The notes below the pieces were generated by a model. That model did no database searches. It was not told the origin of the DNA and saw only the letters and a list, made by a program, of their open reading frames with translations. The position numbers were made by a program, and so were the translations under genes. A stretch of DNA of 16,527 bases from an uncultured archaeon (GTDB lineage Archaea; Asgardarchaeota; Thorarchaeia; Thorarchaeales; Thorarchaeaceae), in assembly GCA_964473825.1 (NCBI GenBank), contig CAYYQL010000049.1, positions 1-16,527 on the forward strand, read 5' to 3'. Shown here one piece after another: positions 1 to 7,037 of this stretch (position 1 is its first letter; each line of letters opens with the position of its first letter).

Positions 1-478
1 CAATGCGGACCCAGAAATCGTTATCAGAATACTTGAAACCCTTTGCCACTTGGAGCGTGAACTTGTCAAACTTTTCCTCCAAATACTCGATCTCTTGCAA
101 AGGTTCCTCAGGGGCGGTCTCTGGCTCTTCAGTTGTTAGCTCCTCAAGCTTCTCTTCTATGACTTCAATTGCTAGTCTGACTTTCTCCTCGAAGCTCTCA
201 GCAGAACCTACGGTCTCGGGGATTGAGATGACCACAATGTCTTCACGTCCACGTGCCAGTGCGATTTCTGAGGCACAGTTCGTTCCACACCCATCTAGAC
301 AGATGATCTGTGAGGTCCTGTAATCACGCATCTCGCCAGGACGTTCGGTAAAGAGAGCCCCTATACTTCCGATGACAACATCATCATGATTCTTCGCTAA
401 TCGCTCCGCTACTGCCCGGGTGACCTCACCGCCAGGTCGGTCGTATCCTGCACACGGGATCATGTACTTCCGGATCAT
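1..478 (-). CDS. DGC-domain (putative Zn-binding) protein fused to a glycine-cleavage-H/lipoyl-carrier-like domain; truncated by the left window edge
   Basis: Not in the ORF track because its stop lies outside the window. Manual translation from ATG 478: MIRKYMIPCAGYDRPGGEVTRAVAERLA...QIICLDGCGTNCASEIA...acidic linker...FDKFTLQVAKGFKYSDNDFWVRI. CAG and DGCxxxC match the DGC family. KYSDNDFWVRI resembles the GcvH N-terminal Y-S/T-x-x-H-x-W-V-R motif. A GAGGT SD-like motif overlaps the upstream ferredoxin stop. Confidence 0.75.
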   Translation of the reverse strand, partial: MIRKYMIPCAGYDRPGGEVTRAVAERLAKNHDDVVIGSIGALFTERPGEMRDYRTSQIICLDGCGTNCASEIALARGREDIVVISIPETVGSAESFEEKVRLAIEVIEEKLEELTTEEPETAPEEPLQEIEYLEEKFDKFTLQVAKGFKYSDNDFWVRI

Positions 479-489
479 GAATCATGACC

Positions 490-798
490 TCACTTGGCTC
501 GCTCGGCCTTTATGATATTGAGAATGTCTGCCTTCGAAGGGAAGGAGATGGCATCTTTAGGACACATCTTCTTGCATGCCGTACAAAACACTACGCAGTT
601 GTAGGGATTCTCAACAGCGATTAAGAACGGATCCTCAAGCGGCTTGAAAACACGATGTGGACAGAACTTCAAGCAATCGTATTCGCCATCACATCCATCG
701 CACTTGTCAGTATCTATGGTGGGCCACCAGGGAATCTTTCCGCGGTCGACCCCCATGAAGGTAGTATCAGGTCCTGACTCACTCGACGTCGTATCCAT
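490..798 (-). CDS. 2x[4Fe-4S] dicluster ferredoxin-family protein
   Basis: Two cluster motifs, CDGCDGEYDCLKFCP and CVVFCTACKKMCP, followed by AISFP. The annotated start overlaps the upstream gene by 20 nt; the Met of MGVDRGKIPW is an alternative start. Confidence 0.9.
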   Translation of the reverse strand: MDTTSSESGPDTTFMGVDRGKIPWWPTIDTDKCDGCDGEYDCLKFCPHRVFKPLEDPFLIAVENPYNCVVFCTACKKMCPKDAISFPSKADILNIIKAERAK

Positions 799-1153
799 GC
801 TTCTTCAACTCCTCAGTCACCTTCTCAATAGCTTCCTCGGTTGTCATGTCGCGTACATCGATTGGTACCAAGTCTTTTTGGACATCCATCCCGCGATTCT
901 TGAATGCGTCTCGGAACAGCTTGTATTGCATTATGGGCGCACACCCTCCTATGAAGACCTGCTGTCCCGGCTGCAGCACATCCTCCAAGTATCGGTCTCC
1001 GTCTTCTTCGCATAGTTGCGGATGGATGATGCCGTGTTTCACCGGGAGAACCATTCGGACGGTGTTAATGAAGTCCCAGACGTCCATCTTTTCAAATCCG
1101 GGACACTTACCTGTGCATACACACATGATGAAGGCTGGTTTCTCAGAGGTCAT
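779..1153 (-). CDS. Small stand-alone heterodisulfide reductase subunit A N-terminal-domain-like protein (putative Fe-S binding)
   Basis: CVCTGKC, HPQLCEEDG, IGGCAP, LFRDAF and IDVRD mirror the HdrA N-terminal CxCG...xCS...ACS/TP...FR...NIRE pattern. Only 124 aa, with no FAD-binding GxGxxG domain. Confidence 0.75.
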   Translation of the reverse strand: MTSEKPAFIMCVCTGKCPGFEKMDVWDFINTVRMVLPVKHGIIHPQLCEEDGDRYLEDVLQPGQQVFIGGCAPIMQYKLFRDAFKNRGMDVQKDLVPIDVRDMTTEEAIEKVTEELKKHGYDVE

Positions 1154-1171
1154 CTTGTTCGACTCACGACT

Positions 1172-1193
1172 TATATCGAACTATCTCGATATA
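1172..1193. promoter_or_regulatory. Palindromic operator (TATATCGA-N6-TCGATATA) overlapping the probable promoter of the HdrA-like/ferredoxin/DGC operon
   Basis: Perfect 8-bp inverted repeat with a 6-bp spacer, about 20-40 nt upstream of ATG 1153, containing TATA-like sequence. Confidence 0.6.
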
Positions 1194-1296
1194 TCAATCC
1201 TTCTATAGGGCATCTCTCTATCTTAACACCTCTGGTCTATGGACTCCTACATAGTAGCAGTTGGAGATGAAGCAATCACATAGCGAATGAAGACTC

Positions 1297-1791
1297 TCAC
1301 CTTCGCGATCCTTTCTTCCTCGGAGTTACATCAATCGGCTCCTTCTCGGTCGTTTGCTTCTTACGCAACGGCGGAACCTTCTGATCCCACATGTCAGGAA
1401 GTACGAGCCTCGTGAGATTCGGATGCCCTTCAAAAGTCACATCTAAGATATCATGTATCTCGCGCTCGTAGAGTGATGCTCCCGGAATCAGATTAGTTAG
1501 AGTTGGAACAACCAGATCGTCCAGAGGCACCTTCGTCCTTAGACCAAGATGTATTCCCTCATTCATGAGATGGTATATCAGCTCTATCTCATCATCCAAT
1601 TCCAATCCAGTGATTGTTGATAGGTGTGTGAAACCTTTGCTGTGAAGCAGAGTAATGGTGTCAACAATGCAGTCTCTGGATACTTCGACAAATACCCGGC
1701 GTTCACGAGCTACTTGACCTCCCTTTAGGCACTGTTCACTCAGAACTTGTTTCAAATGATCGAGTATTGCCTCTTCTTCGGTTTGACTCAT
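1297..1791 (-). CDS. NADH-quinone oxidoreductase subunit C / group 4 membrane-bound hydrogenase NuoC-like subunit (Complex1_30kDa family)
   Basis: HLSTITGLE...ELIYHL...LRTKVP...VPTLTNLIPGASLYEREIHDILDVTFEGHPNLTRLVLPDMW...PPLRK is the canonical NuoC signature. AGGAG SD-like motif upstream. Confidence 0.9.
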   Translation of the reverse strand: MSQTEEEAILDHLKQVLSEQCLKGGQVARERRVFVEVSRDCIVDTITLLHSKGFTHLSTITGLELDDEIELIYHLMNEGIHLGLRTKVPLDDLVVPTLTNLIPGASLYEREIHDILDVTFEGHPNLTRLVLPDMWDQKVPPLRKKQTTEKEPIDVTPRKKGSRR

Positions 1792-2144
1792 TATCGTGCT
1801 CTACTCCTGTTAGCATTCTATGTGAATCTGGTGTACCGTCCGATGCTCGTGACTGTTCATAGGCACCATATTTCCCGTGTCTTTTCTCCAAGAAGTGTAT
1901 TAAAGAACTTGTATCTGGGAGGCTCTGCTGAGTAGTGTAGGAATTACGGGTAAGTTGGACAAACAGCTCCCCAGGTAGATGGATAGACTCTTTCTTAAGA
2001 AGAAACCTCATCCAAGACATGTCGCAGTAAACGCGGTCTAATTAGCTCATTCCATAGAGAGGGAGGGGTTGGCTGTGCGCTTTAGAAGGGAAGTTTTGAG
2101 CTTGTTCAACGTTGAAACCGAAGAGGCTGGTTCTGACTGGCGAT

Positions 2145-4661
2145 TCAGTAGTTGGTTAGCTGCAAAAGCTTAGCGGGCAGCTCCTCAATGGACTCAATTG
2201 GTAAGTAGGAACCGTGACAGGCCTTTGCAAGACTCTCCGACGCTTGAAGACTGAACGTGCCCTTGGGTACAAGAATGATCACTCTAATGTCCTGTTGTTT
2301 CATCTGAGCAGCAAGCTTCTCGCATGATACTTGATCAGACAGGTACATGTCAGTGTTGAATATGAACACCTTCTCTTTTGCTCGACTCCTATCTAGGTTA
2401 TCGAGGGCCAATCGCATTGCTTGCATTCCTCCTGTTCCCCCGGATGCTCGCACATCAAGCAGGTCAGAGGCCACCTCATCCACTGATACGGTCTTGTCAG
2501 TTATCTCCTTGACAATATGTGTTTCTGAGTCAAAGAGCACAACCCCAAAGTCATCTTGCTGCACACCATAGAGCCCAGCCATTACCGATATGGCCAGCAT
2601 GCCGAGCTTGTTCGGGTCATCCATACTGCCCGACTTGTCCAATGCCCAAAAGAAAGCTCGTTGCCCTTGATATGTTTCCGTTATCAAGAAGTCCTCAGGA
2701 TCGACTGCATCGAAGGTGGTTCTCCCTAATGACAGCAGCGAGTCAATAGTCTCTTCTAAGTCGATCAGATCAATATCATCACCGATTCTGAACGGACGAA
2801 CTGTTGTTGATTGCTGGATTCCACCCAGCATAGATGACCCCATCGTCTGTCGTGCGAAGCGCATGCCGAGGTCGATAAGGAGTCCCTTTGCAATCAGCTT
2901 GAGCCGCTGCATCAGCTCTGGTGGTAGGGCATCTCGATAGCTATACCAGATTTTCACGATGTTTGTTGCAGGACCCCCAAGCAGGCCGCCGAGGACCATC
3001 TCGGTTCTATCCTTGTCCGTGCCATGGGACTGCTGACCGTATCGCCCAGCGCCTCGAACCATGTTCTGGCCTAATGCTGCGCCAAAATCAACATGGGCGA
3101 TTGCTCCCATTGCAGATTGATTAGCGCTCTCCTGTGCTGTGTCTGCAAGCTCGCGTAGCTGATTTTGAGTCAGAACGGCCGATGATATGAGACTGTGTAG
3201 CCGTTCGAAGTCTGACACACCTGACTTGATCAGTGTCTTGATTACTTGGAAACTGGGATTCACTAACTCGAGGATCTCCTCCTCTGTCATTCCCAGTCTA
3301 GTTCCTGCTTCTTCTATAGCCTGCCTTGACGGAACAGAACCTATCCGTGAGGCCTGTCTTACAGTCTTCCTGAGATGTGTCTTGGTCTGGGTAGAACGCA
3401 CTGCTTCATCGGTCAGGCTCTGCATTGCCTCCTGCCAGTGCTCGCCCTGTCTGGATTTGCCCAGCTTGTCCTGCAGGTTACTCATCTGTGAGAGGCTATT
3501 CATGAGGAAGTCTGTGTGTGTAGAACGTGACTTGGCCTGATGCAGAAGGTCATCTGTCATCTTGTCTACGAGGTCTCTCCAGTCCTGGTTGTCCATTGCG
3601 TGGTCAGCCAGCTGTGAGTGGTCTACCTTGTCCCTCGCAGAACCATCATAGTTCTCGTTGAAGGCCTTCATGACCTGGGCGGAGTGGTCCTTACCCGTAT
3701 GCCGCTTGATGCTATCGGCTAGGTCCATTGCCTGGTCAAGTGTGTAGTCATTCGCCGCCTTGTCAACCAGCTCCTCGACATTCTCCGTGTCACGGCCCAA
3801 TTCAGAGGAATACGAAGCCGCCTGATGCAGGTTTTCGATGTTATCCTGGAGTGTCCTATCCATAGAGGAAAGGGTCTTCTCATCCGGTACCTCCATTTCC
3901 TCCATCATCTTCAGTGACTTGGCAGCTGTGGCTGGATCCCGACGAGCAAGGTCTGAGAAGGCCTCCTCGACATCATCGTCTCCCCGTAAGGCTTTTGCCG
4001 CCACCCTTTCTGCGGAACTCGGCGATTGGGCCACGTCGTCCAGGCTATCAAGTACCTGACTGTTCTGGATGTCCTGACTTCTCAGATTACCCATCCGGTC
4101 AAGAAGCTCGGAGGACGCAGTCGATTTGAGCTGCTCATCACTGGAGATTCCGCGCAGGACTATATCGCCGTCTGTTAGGTAGTCCCGCGACGCATCGTAA
4201 AGATCAGATTGGCCTCGCTGCTTGAGTTCCTGAAGATACTGATACCCCGCCTCAACCTTGTCCTTCTTGATAATCTTGCGGAGCGACTGTTCTCTCTTGA
4301 TCTGAGCGATGATTTCACCGAGTCTGTCCTGTTGAATAGCTTGTTGTGCCGCATCAACTGCGACTTGCTCCTCTTCCTTCTCCTGTTCATTCTTCCTTCC
4401 GAAAACGATGTCCTCGGCGATGATCCTTGCAATTTTCTGATCGAGTGGGTAGGTGGTAAAGACTGCTGCATCAATAAAATCATCCAGAGTGAATTCTCCG
4501 TTCCTGAAATACCTTGCAGAGAGCAGCTGCGGAATTGCCTGGGTCTGCCTCATGCTTGGCTTCTTGCGTACCTCCTCATGGTTTCGCATCCGAGCAACAA
4601 ACTCGAAGGCAAAATCCAAGACGCTGCTGGGAAACGGCTCAATGGAGGACTTCGTGGTCAC
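2145..4661 (-). CDS. Large VWA-domain protein (CoxE/ViaA-like MoxR partner) with a long helical middle region
   Basis: C-terminal VWA with MIDAS residues LDKSGSM, ASGGT and NTD, preceded by a CoxE-like RPFRIGDD-IDLEETID segment. Starts 10 nt downstream of the MoxR ATPase. Confidence 0.88.
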   Translation of the reverse strand: MTTKSSIEPFPSSVLDFAFEFVARMRNHEEVRKKPSMRQTQAIPQLLSARYFRNGEFTLDDFIDAAVFTTYPLDQKIARIIAEDIVFGRKNEQEKEEEQVAVDAAQQAIQQDRLGEIIAQIKREQSLRKIIKKDKVEAGYQYLQELKQRGQSDLYDASRDYLTDGDIVLRGISSDEQLKSTASSELLDRMGNLRSQDIQNSQVLDSLDDVAQSPSSAERVAAKALRGDDDVEEAFSDLARRDPATAAKSLKMMEEMEVPDEKTLSSMDRTLQDNIENLHQAASYSSELGRDTENVEELVDKAANDYTLDQAMDLADSIKRHTGKDHSAQVMKAFNENYDGSARDKVDHSQLADHAMDNQDWRDLVDKMTDDLLHQAKSRSTHTDFLMNSLSQMSNLQDKLGKSRQGEHWQEAMQSLTDEAVRSTQTKTHLRKTVRQASRIGSVPSRQAIEEAGTRLGMTEEEILELVNPSFQVIKTLIKSGVSDFERLHSLISSAVLTQNQLRELADTAQESANQSAMGAIAHVDFGAALGQNMVRGAGRYGQQSHGTDKDRTEMVLGGLLGGPATNIVKIWYSYRDALPPELMQRLKLIAKGLLIDLGMRFARQTMGSSMLGGIQQSTTVRPFRIGDDIDLIDLEETIDSLLSLGRTTFDAVDPEDFLITETYQGQRAFFWALDKSGSMDDPNKLGMLAISVMAGLYGVQQDDFGVVLFDSETHIVKEITDKTVSVDEVASDLLDVRASGGTGGMQAMRLALDNLDRSRAKEKVFIFNTDMYLSDQVSCEKLAAQMKQQDIRVIILVPKGTFSLQASESLAKACHGSYLPIESIEELPAKLLQLTNY

Positions 4662-4671
4662 GGAGCAACCC

Positions 4672-5577
4672 TCAATCGCTCAGGCTTCTTCGAACAAGGG
4701 AGTTGACAGCCGGCTCAGGGTCAATTCCAGGCCGGAAGCGTAGTGCACCTGTGAGGACGTAGGTCGCTGCCTTGGAGAGGATCCCGTAATCAACCTCCTT
4801 CTTGTTCTCTCGCTTGGCCATCTGTGACGCAAGCCGAGAGATAGAGATTCCTGCCCGGATGGATGCAGGCGCTTCAATATCGGTGCTATTCCGTGTGGCA
4901 TTCACCAGCCCATAGACATTCTCAAGCAGATAGTCGCTGAGCTTGTACTCAGGACAATTCATCTTGACTATTTCGAGCTCTGTCTCCTTTCGGGGATATC
5001 CAATCCTGATCCAGACACGTATCCTGTCTCGTAATGCTTCGCTGAGTCGATGTGCACCTGCCATTTCCTCGGGGTTCATAGTTAGTACGGGGAAAAAGTC
5101 CTCGTGAGCGGTGATGCGCCCGAGTCGCTGAACATTCACTGATCTCTCCTCAAATGGCTCAAGGAGGCTGTTCTGGACGTACTCCGGCAGTCTATTACCC
5201 TCGTTCAAGCCGAAGACCCCACCGAAGACCATCGTCTTGAGCAGTGGGCCAGGGTCGAAACTATCCAGTGTGAATCCCTTGCTCAAGACAAGAGCAGGAT
5301 TGAATGACCCGATGAGATGAGACGGTCTCACTCCCTCGTCTCCCGTAATCCAACTGAAGTCCCTTCCGCTCCTCTCAGCATACGCTCGCAAAAGCAGAGT
5401 CTTACCCGTTCCCGGAGGGCCAATGATTCCCGGAATGAGACTGGCGTTCTCGCAGTCTTCGAGGATATCGTAAGCATCTTTGTATTGCTCCTTGATTACG
5501 ATCTTGACTCTCTGCTTCTTGGTTTCTGACAGGCGTTCATCAAAAGCATCTGCAAATTCAACTAAGCTTTCCTTCAT
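4672..5577 (-). CDS. MoxR-family AAA+ ATPase
   Basis: Walker A GPPGTGKT, Walker B variant FGLNEGNR, QNSLLEPFEE, sensor 1 TMNP, Arg finger LSEALRDR, sensor 2 SIRA. Confidence 0.92.
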   Translation of the reverse strand: MKESLVEFADAFDERLSETKKQRVKIVIKEQYKDAYDILEDCENASLIPGIIGPPGTGKTLLLRAYAERSGRDFSWITGDEGVRPSHLIGSFNPALVLSKGFTLDSFDPGPLLKTMVFGGVFGLNEGNRLPEYVQNSLLEPFEERSVNVQRLGRITAHEDFFPVLTMNPEEMAGAHRLSEALRDRIRVWIRIGYPRKETELEIVKMNCPEYKLSDYLLENVYGLVNATRNSTDIEAPASIRAGISISRLASQMAKRENKKEVDYGILSKAATYVLTGALRFRPGIDPEPAVNSLVRRSLSD

Positions 5578-5623
5578 AACAGCTACCCCACCGTGAAGCT
5601 CAAAATCCTATGTTTGTCTGAAG

Positions 5624-5631
5624 TATATAAA
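5624..5631 (-). promoter_or_regulatory. Archaeal TATA box of the moxR-VWA operon
   Basis: TTTATATA on the minus strand about 47 nt upstream of ATG 5577, with a GGTGGGG SD-like motif between them. Confidence 0.55.
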
Positions 5632-5693
5632 GGGTCACGGTATCACTCTTAGGCTCTTGTCTGATCAAGTGGGGGGAATGTCTTCCAATCAGA

Positions 5694-6683
5694 CTACTCC
5701 TGCGATAGCTGACGGGAATACTTGAAGATTGCAGGTTGGCCTCCTGTATGCCAGAAGAGTGTCGGACGTTCGAGCTCGATCTCGCCTGCCAATGCGTGTC
5801 TGACCAGTGCCAGCCCGGCCCTTCCCGTATAGACTGGGTCTAGCATGATCCCTTCAAGCTTTGCAAACATCTGGATGGCGGATTTGACTGCTCTATCAAA
5901 TATTCCATACCCTTCACCAAGGAAACCGTCATCGATTCTGGCTTCTGGCTTTCCACCGGTGGGAATGTCGGGGAATTGATCACGCACTCTGGTCACCAAC
6001 TCTCGTACTCTCTCCATCTGCGGACCCTCGGCATCAACAGCGCTAACAGCCATGAGCTCTACATCCAGGCCAGCTGCTTCTGCTCCTACAATCATTCCAG
6101 CAAGGGTTCCCCCCGTTCCCGAAGCAAAAACGATCTGCTCAGGACGGAAGTCCCACGTTTCTATTTGCTCCTTCAGTTCTTCCATGGCCAAGACGTAGCC
6201 TAGTACACCAAGAGGAGTACTGGCCCCCGCAGGAATTGCATAGGGTTGCAATCCTAACTCTGAAAGTGTGTTGGTCACATCTCCAAGCCGCTTATTCAGG
6301 TCAAAGAGGTCATCATTGGGATAGAATTTCAGTTCTGCACCCATGTACCTCGAAAGGAGGAGATTCCCCTCTTGGGTTTCGGGCTCTTCTCCACCCAGCA
6401 GGAGGATACACCGCAATCCTAGTCTGGCGGCTGCTTCAGCTGTCTGTCTACAGGAGTTGCTCTGTGTTGCTCCCACTGTGACTACGGTGTCGCATCCGCT
6501 TTCGATCGCATCTGCTAAGACAAATTCTAGCTTCCTTGTCTTGTTACCGCCAAAGCCGGGCCCTGTGAGATCATCACGCTTGATCCACAATGAATCAAAA
6601 CCCAGTGAGTTGCCAAGGTTGTCCATTCTGTGAAGAGGCGTGGGAAGGAAAGCCAGCCTCTCACGATGTAGATCTTCTAACAT
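5694..6683 (-). CDS. dcyD: D-cysteine desulfhydrase / ACC deaminase family PLP-dependent enzyme (D-cysteine desulfhydrase-like residues)
   Basis: PTPLHR, KRDDLTG-GGNKTRKLEF (PLP lysine), QSN, SGTGGT, LDPVYTG, HTGG. It has YT and HTGG rather than the YE and HLGG of true ACC deaminases. Confidence 0.85.
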   Translation of the reverse strand: MLEDLHRERLAFLPTPLHRMDNLGNSLGFDSLWIKRDDLTGPGFGGNKTRKLEFVLADAIESGCDTVVTVGATQSNSCRQTAEAAARLGLRCILLLGGEEPETQEGNLLLSRYMGAELKFYPNDDLFDLNKRLGDVTNTLSELGLQPYAIPAGASTPLGVLGYVLAMEELKEQIETWDFRPEQIVFASGTGGTLAGMIVGAEAAGLDVELMAVSAVDAEGPQMERVRELVTRVRDQFPDIPTGGKPEARIDDGFLGEGYGIFDRAVKSAIQMFAKLEGIMLDPVYTGRAGLALVRHALAGEIELERPTLFWHTGGQPAIFKYSRQLSQE

Positions 6684-6746
6684 GTCTTAAGCACTATCAC
6701 AGAAACTCGATGATGGAATAGTAGGAGAACCAACTCCCATTCTTGC

Positions 6747-6914
6747 TCACCAATCAAGGAAGACTGCAAGCAATGCAAGAAGGATTATGAGTGCGATAGC
6801 GGCTCCTATGAGTTGACACCAGCACTCGCAACACTTGTTGCAGCAGCCCTCGTCTTTCTCTGTTTCTTGTTTAGTTGGCCCCGAATACTCATCTGGCAGT
6901 GGAACTTCAACCAT
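6747..6914 (-). CDS. 55-aa cysteine-rich, C-terminally membrane-anchored microprotein
   Basis: Below the ORF-track cutoff. Manual translation: MVEVPLPDEYSGPTKQETEKDEGCCNKCCECWCQLIGAAIALIILLALLAVFLDW*. Polar N-terminus, Cys cluster and a ~19-aa hydrophobic helix. Fills an otherwise empty gap; an alternative in-frame GTG lies at 6923. Confidence 0.7.
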   Translation of the reverse strand: MVEVPLPDEYSGPTKQETEKDEGCCNKCCECWCQLIGAAIALIILLALLAVFLDW

Positions 6915-7037
6915 TTCATCCACTCAACTTAGTTTAGTGCAGTTCTTCTCGCCTGCAACAAACGCTCACAAGCTCAACAGTCTTATGAGCATATCGGGCA
7001 TATCTGTCCGCTCTCTCTCCAAAAAGAAGAAAAGCCT

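Noticed and set aside
3-323. Plus-strand 106-aa Ser-rich ORF
   Set aside because: Antisense shadow of the Glu-rich DGC/GcvH-like gene on the minus strand.
479-1153. Possible selenocysteine (UGA) readthrough in the HdrA-like, ferredoxin or DGC genes
   Set aside because: The TGA codons lie at natural protein ends or upstream of the start, not at Cys-motif positions. Readthrough of the HdrA-like and ferredoxin stops hits another stop within a few codons, and no SECIS could be identified by eye.
644-1270. ORFs 644-1015, 846-1208, 1016-1270 (+) and 825-1013 (-)
   Set aside because: They overlap the motif-supported ferredoxin and HdrA-like genes or their promoter and have no recognisable features.
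1736-2020. 94-aa minus-strand ORF (and 1747-1935 plus-strand ORF) upstream of nuoC
   Set aside because: Overlaps the nuoC start, has no NuoB-like or other motif, shows atypical composition and spans a likely TATA box. Treated as non-coding, though not excluded.
2021-2144. Purine-rich/G-rich stretch considered as tRNA or other ncRNA
   Set aside because: No cloverleaf, T-loop consensus or convincing long stem was found. On the minus strand it is pyrimidine-rich and may simply be a terminator region.
2347-5529. Numerous short ORFs inside the VWA and MoxR genes
   Set aside because: Antisense or alternate-frame shadows of long motif-supported genes.
5590-5641. 7-bp inverted repeat ACCGTGA...TCACGGT flanking the moxR TATA box
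   Set aside because: Short arms with a 38-nt spacer, compatible with chance.
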